Origin: Vicugna vicugna
Lineage: Eukaryota
Direction of reading: 5' to 3'
Length of the DNA stretch: 64,000 bases
NCBI GenBank assembly: GCA_013265495.1
Contig: MU058781.1
Span: 5,023,050-5,087,049 of the forward strand
The notes beneath the pieces were generated by a model. That model saw only the letters and a program-made list of their open reading frames with translations, had not been told where the DNA came from and searched no databases. Positions 1-11,441 of this stretch are shown here, one piece after another (position 1 is the first letter of the stretch; every line of letters begins with the position of its first letter). A program made the position numbers and the translations under genes.

Positions 1-1904
1 AATGCCGGGCCGCCGGGGTCCAGCGGGGCCTGGCTGGGGCAGTGCTCCTTGTCCCCAGAGGAGGAGCCACAACCCCAACAGTCTCCCGCAAGAGCCTGGT
101 GTCCCCGGGCAGACTTTCAGTTTCGCAAACATTACACAGGACTCAAATGTTCTCATTGTAATCCACTGAGTGTCCGCATGGAAATGGATGTGTTTATTAA
201 AATACATAATCTGAAATGACATGGACAGCGTCATGCGTGCTTTTAACCTTGAGTTAACACTCAAGGGTTACAATAACAGTGCCTCCAGCAGCTTCTATTT
301 CGATAGCTGTTCAGAGCTTCCAAAATACTCTCATGTACACAGAACCTCCAATGGTCCTAACAGTAGGGCCCTTAGGTAATCTCTGTGGCCACAAAATAAC
401 ACAATCAGAACGCGGCTCTGTGGGTATTCATGTTACAAGCTGATATTTGAAATGGCCTGGTTTTTGAGAAGTTCTCAGCATTGGTCATTTTTTCCAGCGC
501 ACAAGTGAGGTCGGGTAGGGTATTAATGCGTTTGTCTCTGATGAGAGCAGCCCTGGTGGTCCCTCAGTGCCGGGGTCCCTCATCCTTGTCGCAGGAGACC
601 GCTGCGAGGTGGGATGCTCACATCAGCCCTGTGTTGGATGTTCTCCACGTGCGTTTTCTGCACTTAATGAGAAGTGGAAGGAGCAGCAGAGACCAGTTTC
701 CTTTTTGTGCTCTTTCTGAAAAGGGACATTCCTCAGAAGGCTTTTTAAACATGCCATCAGACTCCCAGCTGGAGTGAGTTAATTGCTTTTGGACTCACAC
801 CGGGGGCACGTGGTGTGAGGGCCAGCAAGCGCCGGCCTCGGGCTGCGTTGACCGCATTTCTGCTCTGTGGTGGCCGTCGAGGTGCATGTGGGCCCCCCTG
901 TGTCTGGTTGGTGAAGGATGGGTGTGTGGCAGGACCAGGGCCTCGCCACGTGTCTTGGGGGGGACACTCTCCAGCTGAGAAATCCTTTTTTTTCCCCCTT
1001 TAATTGATGTTTTCATGGGACATCGTCACCTTTTTTTAAACCTCCTGCGGCTTTGTTCCCCCCCATTGAGGCAGGTGAGTACCTGCAGGAATTAGGAGTG
1101 CAGTTGGGAGTGTGTTTTTTCAGAGCAGTAGTACATGTAGAGTCAAGCGGAATGTATCTGCTGTTAACCCCCCACCCCTCTCCCGCCTGGGGCCACGTGG
1201 CCTGGTGGTTTGCCCTGGGGCCTGTCTTCCCAAAGGTGGTTGCAACTTGGGGCGCTTTAGTTTTCTTATCCTTAAAGGGCCAGTAGGAGTACCTTGTTTC
1301 ATAGGTTTTTGTCAGCAGTAACTGAGTCGGTATACACTTCATCTGTATCTGGTTGAGAGCACTGTACTGGCTATTCATGCCACATACGGTTGAAAAGACC
1401 TGGAAATCTAGAACAGCCTTGTCCTTGATAAGAGAATCCTGGAAAGTCGGTACATTTCAAATACCTGGCACATACAGCAAGGGCTGCCCGAGAGGGACTG
1501 TGACCACTCTGAACAGAAGGAGCTGTTCCAGGTGTGGCAGACGGTCCCCGATAACGCCTGTCTGCCAGTGTAACCCGCCCATCCCTGTTTCTTCCCATTT
1601 TCCTTACAGTGTTGGTTCTGTCGGTCCACCCAGACCTCAGGGGGCATGTGCACACCTAGGACAGCACTGGCCCCCCAGTATTTTCGTGTGCAGATGTCTC
1701 TTCCTGATAACATGGGGGCCCCTCTCTGTGGTGAGATGCTTGTACAGATTTCAGTGATGACCAACCAGAAAGAGAGGCTGGTGGTGAGAAACTTCTGCCT
1801 CAAATATGTCTTCCTAACCAGGTGTGATTGGCCAATAATTTAATCTTGAGGCCTCCGTTTTCCTGTTTGTAAAATAACACCTGGTTTTTCCGATTAGGTT
1901 TCAG

Positions 1905-2070
1905 GAGTGGGCAGGGATGGTGTTTCGTTTTGGGGGTGGTGAAAACGTTTTCAGATTACATTGTGGTGATGGTTGCACAACTCTGAATATGCAAAAATCT
2001 GTTGGATCATACGGTTTGAATGGGTAGATCACGTGATCTATGAGTAATCGCTTACTAAGGATAAACAAAG
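1905..2070 (+). mobile_element. Old LINE-1 (L1M) 3'-end fragment
   Basis: ttttgggggtggtgaaaacgttttcagatta...gtggtgatggttgcacaactctgaatat is typical L1M 3'UTR sequence. Confidence 0.75.
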
Positions 2071-5000
2071 GTCTGTCAGGACTGAGTGGGTGACAGATAC
2101 ACTTAGCACGGTGCCTGGCACTTGGTGACTTCTCCTGAGGTGGGGCTGGGTGCTGTCCTGTTACTGGCCTCACACCCACAACTCTTTCTTCTAAGGAACT
2201 GTAATACCCTGAAGTGTGAAAGAAATTAAGATAATGTATTAGATTTTCAGAACTTTTCATCGATTTTGTTGTCCACACTTGGTGGGGTGTGTTTATATCA
2301 TACACATTGTAAGCTGAATTGTTGAGCTGTTCACTAGACTGTTCAGTATTTAATATTTCTAGCTAAATTCATCTGGCCTGCCTCGCAGAGCAGTTATGCT
2401 GTTCCCAGAGACTGAAAATGTGCATATAGGACTTTCAAAAGTCATTCCTTTCCTGGCTGGATGAGGAGGGTGGAGATACTGTGGTGCAAAAGCATATGCA
2501 CAGTATTTGTTTGGAGAACCTTGAAAACAGTACTTACTGCAATGTGAATATTTCTGTATTTAGTTTTTCCTGTACTAATATTTTTTATTCTGCAAATTAC
2601 AAGCTCTTCTATAACTTGTGCAGTTGATTGTATATGTGGAAGGCCTTCCAGAGTAGCTCTTGTGCACACTGGCAGGGTGTCTCTGCCCTGGTTTGTTGTG
2701 AATAGTCAGAGATTCCTTGTTTAGATTCAGAGAAGTCTTGCCATTTACTTCACATGTAGTTGGCCTTTTAGAATTCTTCTTCTTGAATGTAGGGCTGTGA
2801 AAGAAACCCCAAGCTGCAAAAAAAAAAACCCCTTGATTTACCTGCTCTTCCAGAGTTAACGCTTGTCCCCTTCTGAGTATCGCCATAGTGCTGGGCTCTG
2901 TTTTATTTCTTGAGATTGAGAAGGCACCAGGTTCCCCTCGGCCCCGTGCCCACCCTCCCAGCGGGCCCCGCAGCGGCACGTTGGGGAAGGCAGATGTCTT
3001 AGAGCCAGCCCTGCGGGCACAGGCTGGGGGTTAGTCACTGTCAGGCCATCAGTCTCCTCCTTTCCTCGGCTCCTTTGGGGGACAGATGGGCCAAGAAACC
3101 ATTTTTCAATGACAGAAGCCATTCATCTTGATTTATAGTCTTTGTGTCTCCCTGACCTTTATATTCTCATAAAGGTCATACATACACCCTTTTCAAACTT
3201 CAGAGTCAGCAGTTGTTAGGAACCTGTGTAAGAAACGCATTTAACGGGCACATCGATCCAGCTCTGTTAGGTGTATTCCATCATTGCCCATAACGTAGTC
3301 ACATTTCTAAATCTTGGGACTGTGGTGACCGAATTCGGATGGAAGAAATATTTATTCTATGAGTTACAGATTCAAGTTCTCACAGAGAAACGAAAATCAG
3401 ATTCGTTTCAGGAATTCTTTTCAGCGTATTTCTTTCCTGTTACATGAGTCACCAAAGTGATGGGATGTCATGGCATGGAAATCCCACCGGGCTCTTGCCG
3501 ATTCCACGCGAACCAGCAGAACTCGGTTGTGAGGCTGGAGCCGGGGTGCTCCGAGGCCTCCGCGGCTTCATCTGCCGCTGTCGGCTCCCGGCGTGGGGCT
3601 TGTGCCGACCCGCACGTCCTCGCCGCCGTCTCTGGTTCTTCTCATGGCTGCTGGAGCGAAGTCAGGGAGCTGTTTTTGCCCAGGGCAAACCGGGTTACAG
3701 CACTCACTCACACAGGCTGCATTAAAATCCTTTTGAACTGTTGGCACAGGTTGGCAGACACATTCCATTGTTTTCAGACAATAGTGACTCAAAGTTGAAC
3801 TGGCTCCAGGGAGCAAGTGCGGCTTTTGTACAGTAACAAGGGTTTACTGCCAGCCAATTGATGGAGTCTGTCTGCCCCGCGTCGGGATGCCTTGTAATGA
3901 CACGAAGCTTACATTTAAATATCTGGCTCCAGATCAGAAACTTGGCTTGCTTCTCTTTTCCGTAGCACATTCTGCTATTTACAGCAGTTCTTTTTTTTTT
4001 TGTCCGTTAGATTTGTTTTGGGGGGCAGGACAGGGAGCAGGTCTTACTTTATGTAATGTGGGGGTTAGTCCAGTCTTTGAGACTGTTCACTTCTCCCTCC
4101 TGGTCGTGGCGTGTCTGCTAGCAGACCTCCCGGCCCAGCTTTCTGAGTGGGTCTTGTTCACGTTTCTGTTTTAAGAAGGTGAAGGCTAGACATGGGGTCA
4201 TCTCAGGATATAATAACTTTTTTTATGTCAGACACCAGGCAAGGGGTCAGTCCCCTTTCCTACTCACCTAGTAAAAAAACTTCAGGATCACTTCCTGGTG
4301 TTCTGTTGAGGTGCCTTTATTATTAGCACGAGTAATTACAAGATTGGGGTGGCTGGATGTGGGGAGGGCGGGAGGCTGGCCTTGTCGGCTCTGTTTAGGG
4401 AGGACTGTTTCAAATGTGGGTCTTCTCCTTGCTGTTACAGCAGGAGCTTTGGAAAACGTCAACTTTCTTGTATTTGCACCACTCCTTCCTCTGAAGAACG
4501 GAAGGCGTTTTATATCCTTTATTTTGAATACTTAAGTGATTCCTGGAGGGCAGATGAGGGGAGGCAGCTGGCCCGTGGTTGTGGGAATAGAGGCACAAAT
4601 GTGCTTGCTGATCTGGGAGCTGGAAATCACAGCCAGGCTATCTCCATCCCTCTGAGAGGTCATGTATGTAGTGAGCGTTTTAAAGACCTTACGATCAGTT
4701 TTATCCACTACCTTATGGCTCTTCCTTGGGAACCACATCAGGATCTTACTCTGCGGGTCGGGGAACATCCTTTAGTACGAACTCCCTGGAGCTATATTGT
4801 GAGTTCCTCCTTAGAAAGTGTCGCTTCCCACCTTTCCAGTCCTCCCGGGAATCCTGGTGAAGATGTTTCTAAAGTGACTTCTCTTGACCATTTCTTTTTC
4901 ATCCCTTATTGGGAACAGAACTTACCTTCTCAGCCATGCAGTGACCCTAAATCAGAATACCAGTCTTTTGCATTTAAAGATTCTGCTTGCCATGGCATGA

Positions 5001-6252
5001 AAACCCTCATCTGTGGGCCGTTTAACTTTCAGCATATGTGTATACGAATCAATAGCTGTGTCTCTGTTGATTAACACAGAGCTGTTTGTATCTGAGTACA
5101 GTATGTTTCCCTAATGTGGTTCACTGGGATAAATGCTTTGTTTCTCTCCTTAAAGAAATGAGTCCAATTACTCCTTCTAATTGGAGACAGCGTGTGGGTC
5201 TCTTATGTTCACAGGGTTTAGGCTTTTCCTGGGAGTGAGTATTTTTTCCTTTTCCCCTTCTCTCCTCTTCTGGAGAATCTTACAAATTAAGACAAAAGAT
5301 AATTACTTGGAGGACTGAAACTGGCAGGTTCCCACGACACTTAAAACTAATGAGCTGTTGAGGACGAAATATACCTCGTCTTAGCCAATACGTGCCCCCC
5401 CCCATGGGTGGGGGCCCCCCCATGAACATGAGTTGACTTTTGGGTCCTGTTTGCCATTTGGGTGGAGGCAGCTGTGAAATAATAGCAAGATGATGACAAG
5501 AGTGGATTCCTTTGAAAACCCATCTTTTGTTTGCAAATCAGAGTTAATTTTATTCAGTTCTGCTTTTTTGTATTTTTGAAATCCTTCCCCCCCTTCTGAT
5601 AATCTGTCAAAATGGTCCTTTGTAGAATCAGGGGCTGCAGTTCACAGAGCAGCCAGTTTGGTTAATATTAATGTTTAGGGCACACGCCTCCCTTTTTCCT
5701 CTCCTGTCGTAGTCACAGCCCCCTTTGCCCCAGCTTGGCTTTCCTGAGTGTTTCCTGGGGAGTCTCTTTGATGCTCTGGTGTGGAAGCTCCTGAAAGGCG
5801 TTAGAACAGAACCTGAGTTGTGCCTTCCATGGCAGGTGCAGGTAATGCCAGTGGAGGATCTGTTTGGGTTTTTCCCCCTGGATCTCAGAAAGGTACTGCT
5901 GGCAGTTCCACTCTCAACTAATTTCCTTGAAGTCTCCGTGTAACGACTGGCCACCGACTCCGTCGGAAGTGGTGTGGTGACCCGTACGAGCTAACGCCTG
6001 CCCACTGCCCCCGCTGAGATCCTTTCTAGATTAACTTCCTCACTGAATCCTCCAAGCAACCCTAAGTCTTGGACAGGAAACCAGTCCAAAGTCAAACAGT
6101 TAGCAGATGATTTCTCCAGATTCAAATTTAGGTAGCTTCACCTTAGAGCCCGAGTTTTGGGGGATTTGTAGGTATAGATGGAAGTACAGGGTCCATCCAC
6201 GCCTCGGGAAACCATGCTGCAGCTGATCACCGTGGTGAAGACAGTCCAGCCT

Positions 6253-7520
6253 ACTGGTTTCAGGCTTTTTGGTCTCAAGGTCCCTTTTTCCTCCTAACAC
6301 TTACTGAGGGAACCCCTAAAAGCACTTATTTTGTGGATTGCATTTGTTGATATTTGCTATATTAAAATTAAAACAGGGAATTTAGAAATTTCATTCAAAA
6401 ACAGCACAAACTCATGACATGTCAACAGAAATAACATTTTAATGAAAAGGGACTCTGTTCCAAACCCCCAAAGTTCTAGCGAGGAGAGCTGCATTGTTGT
6501 ACATTTTTGCGCATTTGTTCAGGCTCTGGCTTGGACAGCGACAGCTGGATTCTTAGGTCAGCCTCTGCATTCGGACCAGAACAGACCAAAACGTAGGGAC
6601 AGAAAGTGGATTAGCAGTTTCCAGGGGATGGCTTCTCTTGCCGCATATAGCTTTGGTTGATGTATATGAAGAAAATCAGTCTCAGAAAAATAGGTGGTTG
6701 GGAGAGGGAGGAGCCTTTGTGAATGATTTTATTCTTACTTTTCATACCCACACTCAACCAGCATGGTTTCTTCAAGGTCAGTTGTTACAGCGATCTGAAC
6801 CCATGGTGGTGAACTTTTCACGCTCTGTTGTGTTGAAGTCCACGGGTTTGCCTTCTGCCTTAAATGGCTCAGGTACCCACGTGCAATTTTGCAACATCTT
6901 GTATTGATCATTTGAAAATAATGGTTCACTGGGCTTTGCACCCCTTGCGGGTTCGGCACCTTCCGTCACATAGTATCAAAGAATCTCATCTCTGCACACT
7001 CATTGGGAAAGTCTTCACGTGTTGAGAGGCTGTCACACTCCTGGTGGCAGGTACAGGCTTTCCAAAATTGTAATTTTTCCCTGAAATCGTGACTTTTGTC
7101 ATTGGCAGCAAAAACTATTATTTCCCTTGACAGGCTGACTTCATTCATTTTTGAGAAGATAGCCGACAAATGGCTACATCAGTTGTCCTTTCAAATTAAA
7201 AAAAAAACATTCCATGAAAAAGCAGCTAGCTTACAGCATTAAACAATCTCACAAGTGCTCTGCCCTAGAAACAGTCGTCACTGTCCAGGAGAAGCACCTT
7301 ACACGTGTGGCATACAAAGTACGGATGCACAAGGGTTGAGATTTAATATTGTTAACAATTTCTATTGCTTTGTCACTTTCTGATGTGAAACTGGCTTTTT
7401 TGAAAAAAAATTAACTGCTAGTAATTGGTAATGAAGAATATAATATGTATTAGTGAGATCTGGTGCAATTGCATTGATTTGTGTTAAGGCACCAAAAATT
7501 TTTACCACCTATTGCTGCTG
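6253..7520 (-). mobile_element. hAT-Charlie (Charlie1-like) DNA transposon fossil, main part
   Basis: Resembles recalled Charlie1 consensus; minus-strand remnant AIFSKMNEVSLS...VFAANDK..FREKLQFWK (6966-7169) is hAT-transposase-like. Confidence 0.8.
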
Positions 7521-7523
7521 CTG

Positions 7524-8275
7524 TTTTTTTTTAAATAATTTTATTGAGATATAATTTACATACCATAAAATTTACCCACAGTGTAAAACTTGGTAGTTTG
7601 TAGTATCTTCATAGGGTTTTGCGACCATCCTCACAGTCAACATTTTCATCGCCCTCCTCCTGAAGAGCTTGTACCCACTTAGGAGTCATTCGCATTTCCC
7701 CGAAGCCTCCCCAGCCCCTGGCACCTGTACTTTGTGTGTCTGTGCATTGGTCTGTTCTGCTCATTTTACGTGACTGGAATCCTGCAGTAGGAGGTGGCCT
7801 TTTGTCCTTAGCTTCTTTCACTTCCCAGAATGTCTCCAAGATTCGCCCAGGCTGGAGCACATATCAGTACCTGATGCTTTTTATGGGTGTGTAACACCCC
7901 ATTTTGTTTAGATAAATACCGGCTGATGAACCTTTGAACCGTCTCCCCCCACCACTGTTTTGAACTGTTGTTAATAATTCTACTTAATACAGTTGCACAC
8001 ACATTTTTACGTGGACACATTTTTCATTTCTCTTGTGTGCCTACCTGGGAGTGGAATTGCTGGGTCACATGGGAACTCTGTGTCACTTTTTGGGGAACTT
8101 CCAGATTGTTTTCCGAAGTGGCCGTGCCATTTTACAGTTCCACCTGCAGTGCACGAGGGTTCCAGTCTCTCTCTGTCCTGGCCAACACTTGTCATTGTCT
8201 TTGAACAGAGCCATCCGAGGGGATATGAAGTGGGATTTCTTGGTCGTTTTGATTTGCATTTCCCTGATGGCTAAT
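7524..8275 (-). mobile_element. LINE-1 (L1MA/MB-type) 3' fragment, antisense to JARID2, nested in the Charlie element
   Basis: Starts with poly-T then ttattgagatataatttacataccataaaatttaccc; contains gagtggaattgctgggtcacatgg and gttttgatttgcatttccctgatggctaat. Confidence 0.88.
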
Positions 8276-8385
8276 CTGCCTTTAATAACCATCATTGAAA
8301 TGGCAAATACTCTCTTAGTGTAATTATGAAAATAGTTTTGACCTAGGGAATCCCCTGAAAGGGCCTGTGGGTTCCCCAAGGATCA
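8276..8385 (-). mobile_element. Continuation/terminus of the Charlie1-like element
   Basis: ggcaaatactctcttagtgtaattatgaaaatagttttgacc...cccctgaaagggc matches the recalled Charlie1 end. Confidence 0.7.
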
Positions 8386-9479
8386 AGTCAGTCATTAAGC
8401 TGGTAGAAAATGTGAGTTGTTTTCAGCATCATTATTTCTCTTTGCTTGGACAGGGCATTGGCACCACCTCTTTTTTCCTATGAAGTGGATGTTGGGAGGC
8501 AGGAGGTTGTGGTGGGTCTGCTCAGGCCTGCTGTTCAGCTTAGTGAAGCCTGTTTTTCCTACTGGATCTGCGGCAAGGTTGGGAAGCTAGAAGAGATTTT
8601 GCCCCAATCTGAGTATGTAGTAACCTGAGATGGTCCTTTTAAATATGCAGCAGGAAGTTCTCCCAAATGTTGAGTGCCAGCTGAACCCTCACACAGGAGC
8701 ACGTGGTCCCCAGCCTACGGGTGAGAAAACCGAGGCTGTACACAGCTTGCCCAGGTGTAGACAGGAGTTGAACTGCTGATACAGTGTTACGAAAGGGGAC
8801 CAACCCCAGAATCAAAAAATTTTTTTTGTAACCAAATAAAGAGAAGTAGTTCTGGAACTGGCACTTCTTTCATAGCAGACTGTGTCACGAAGCTCATCTT
8901 GTGGCAGTAACAAAGCTTGGAGAAGTTTGGAAGATTTAAGATTTAAAAAAGAAAAAATAAAGAACTTCCTGTGCTGGGTTTCCATAAAGGAGCTGTGTTC
9001 ACCGCCTTAGAAAATTGGTTGAACGGTCAGGAGTCGCCTAGATGCATGTTCCTTGGCTTGATTTTTAATCACACTGAAGTATGACTTCTTATGGATGTTG
9101 CTTCTAATTTGTCTTGAAAGCAAGTACAGATGCCGCCAGCCTGGGTGTGATGGATGGTTTCTGACAGCGTGTAGTTACTTACACTTAGAATAAATGCCAG
9201 CCATTCGAAGCTCTCCATTTTCCCTGTAACTGAGGGTATCCAGCAGAACCTCGCATAACACGGGATCATATACCATGTTTTGATGTGACGCCGGTCTTCT
9301 CAGTATTGAAAATCTGTTTAGAGTGTGTAATCACTGGGGCTGAGAGCATCTTTAGAGATCAGGGTTCACATCCATTCCAGATATGGAAAATGTGAGTCTC
9401 TGTGTGACACCATATATGATGTAATTACAAGTGCTCTAAAACAAATCTAAGCGACTGAACCAGAAAACAATTAGACATC

Positions 9480-9610
9480 GGGGAGGGTACAGCTCAGCAA
9501 CAGAGCATGTGCTTAGCATGCACAGGGTCCTGGGTTCAACCCCCAGTATCGTCACTGAAATAAACAAATAAATAAACCTAATTCCCCGCCCTACCCCACC
9601 CCCCAAAAAA
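9480..9610 (+). mobile_element. tRNA-Ala-derived SINE (camelid vic-1-like) with 13-bp target-site duplication
   Basis: ggggagggtacagctcag (A box)...gcttagcatgc...gggttcaacccc (B box), A-rich tail; TSD GAAAACAATTAGA at 9463-9475 and 9613-9625. Confidence 0.88.
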
Positions 9611-10924
9611 TGGAAAACAATTAGAAGAAAACTTAGAGGAATATCTTACCATCTGAAAAGATAGGATTTTCTAAGCATAAAATCAAAGAAACTTTAAAAA
9701 ATGTGTTAGCAGATTTAGCACTGTTAACAGATGGGAAAGCAGATAAGAGAAAAACATTTGCTCCCTACAAGGCATAAGTGTAATTTAAAGGACACCCGTA
9801 CGAATGGGGGTGAAAAAGCGTGCAAGGCGCTGTGGATAAGTTTGGAGGGAGGGCACTCTGAAGAGAGGCCAGGTTGTCTGTGGAGGGGGCTGGACCCCTG
9901 CTTCTCTCGGCTTCAGGAAGAGACTCCACCTCAGAGGAGGAGTTTTCTCTTTACAGCTGCCTGGTCCTCTGGTGACTTCTGCCTGGAATTCTGCAAGGCC
10001 TGGTTGGGGTGGGCATAGCCTTGGAGAGGAGGTGTCTGATGGGCAGGTGGACACAGTGACCTTTTGAAGCTCCTTCTGCCAGGAAATACAACAGGAGCCT
10101 TTTTAAATGACAGCTAAAAGGGCTCACTCTCTTCCCTGGCTGTTCTGCCTGGAGCTTGTGGGGCCAGACAGACCAGGCTCAGGCATCCTTCCTCCTTCCC
10201 TGAAGAAGTAGGCCACCTGCTGGGATGGTTTGAGGGGAGGGGGGACCTGTGGGTAAGAGGGGACAGATGTGGAACTGATGCCCTGGAGAGGGGCCAGGCC
10301 CGCCGAGTCTGTCTGGGAGTGTGGGTCCCAGCTGCGAAGTACAGGAGAAGGCTCGCGGCGGCAGCGCTGATGAAGTTACTGCACAGACCTGAGCGTCACT
10401 GTTCTCTTGTGAACCTCCTGAGCAGGAGAGGGTGGGGTCCAGCAGGCACATTTGGAAGGGGCACTGAGAGCCACCTGGAGGTCAGGAGCTTTGTTGGGGG
10501 GGCACTTGGGAGGCAGCACGGCCTGGGCAAGGCGCACGCCTTCTGTTGGGTCCTCTGTAAAGTGGGCGTGAGGATCATGTCCCTTTGGATCCAGAGACTG
10601 AACGACTTCCCGGCCCCACTGGGCTCACAGCAGGCACCTAGTGCGTGTCAGCTGTTAACTGCTGTCAGGGCTTTTGGAGTGGAAGTAGGTCTGGCCCAGG
10701 GCTCCCGTGCCTCTCTCGCTCTGCTGTGGTCACCCAGGGGTCTGGTGCCACAACTAAATCTTGACCGATGTGTCATCAGATCTGCAGCCTCACGTGTTAA
10801 GTTTAAAGAAAACATATGATCATTTCTAGAGCCCCTGTATCTTTATACATGAAGTGGCCCTGCTCTTGGAATGTGACTCTTTGTTTTGGTTTCTTCATTT
10901 TAATTCCACTGTTTTGTTTAAGGG

Positions 10925-10940
10925 GTGTGTGTGTGTGTGT
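10925..10940. repeat. (GT)8 microsatellite
   Basis: Direct read. Confidence 0.95.
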
Positions 10941-11202
10941 AGGGATTTTTAAAATGGATTATTCAATTGTTTCAACCAAAGCAAATGATTCTTAGTCTGT
11001 GTTTATAACTTCTGCTTTGGTCTCTCCATGCTAGGATTATTCCTGTTCTTTGTGGTGCTTGACTTGAGGGCATATGAGACGCGGTGTTTGTCTGGAATGT
11101 TTTCCTTCTCTTTCTCCTTTTGTCTTCAGGGGGTATGGGGACAAGACAGTGGGCAGCACACCCGATGTAGTGACTTTGTTCTTCTCTCTCCTTCCTTTCC
11201 AG

Positions 11203-11441
11203 TTTTCAATGGTTCCAGCAGGTCATCACGGGAGAAGGAACCTGTTCAGAAACACAAAAGCAAAGAGGCCACTCCCGCGAAGGAGAAGCACAGCGAGCCC
11301 CGGGCCGACAGCCGAAGGGAGCAGGCTTCCGTCAGCCTACTCACCGCGACCCCCTCCGCGGGGGGCTCCTCGGCCAAGGGGCTCGCCGCCACCCACCACC
11401 ACCCGCCTCTGCATCGGTCGGCTCAGGACTTAAGGAAACAG
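11203..11441 (+). CDS. JARID2: JARID2 coding exon (human exon 6 equivalent)
   Basis: Pyrimidine tract + AG at 11201-11202, donor CAG|GTAAAG at 11442; encodes (V)[29 protein letters not shown]...[16 protein letters not shown]; 239 nt, phase 1 to 0. Upstream exons lie outside the window. Confidence 0.96.

Noticed and set aside
4349..5074. 241-aa ORF in JARID2 intron 5
   Set aside because: Non-ATG start, no recognisable domain, no supporting splice context.
5163..5185. Inverted repeat TCCAATTA...TAATTGGA
   Set aside because: An 8-bp stem is within chance expectation for 64 kb and has no supporting context.
9480..9555. Functional tRNA-Ala gene
   Set aside because: Stems are degraded and it has a SINE tail and TSD, so it is a SINE head; same for 57299 and 60380.
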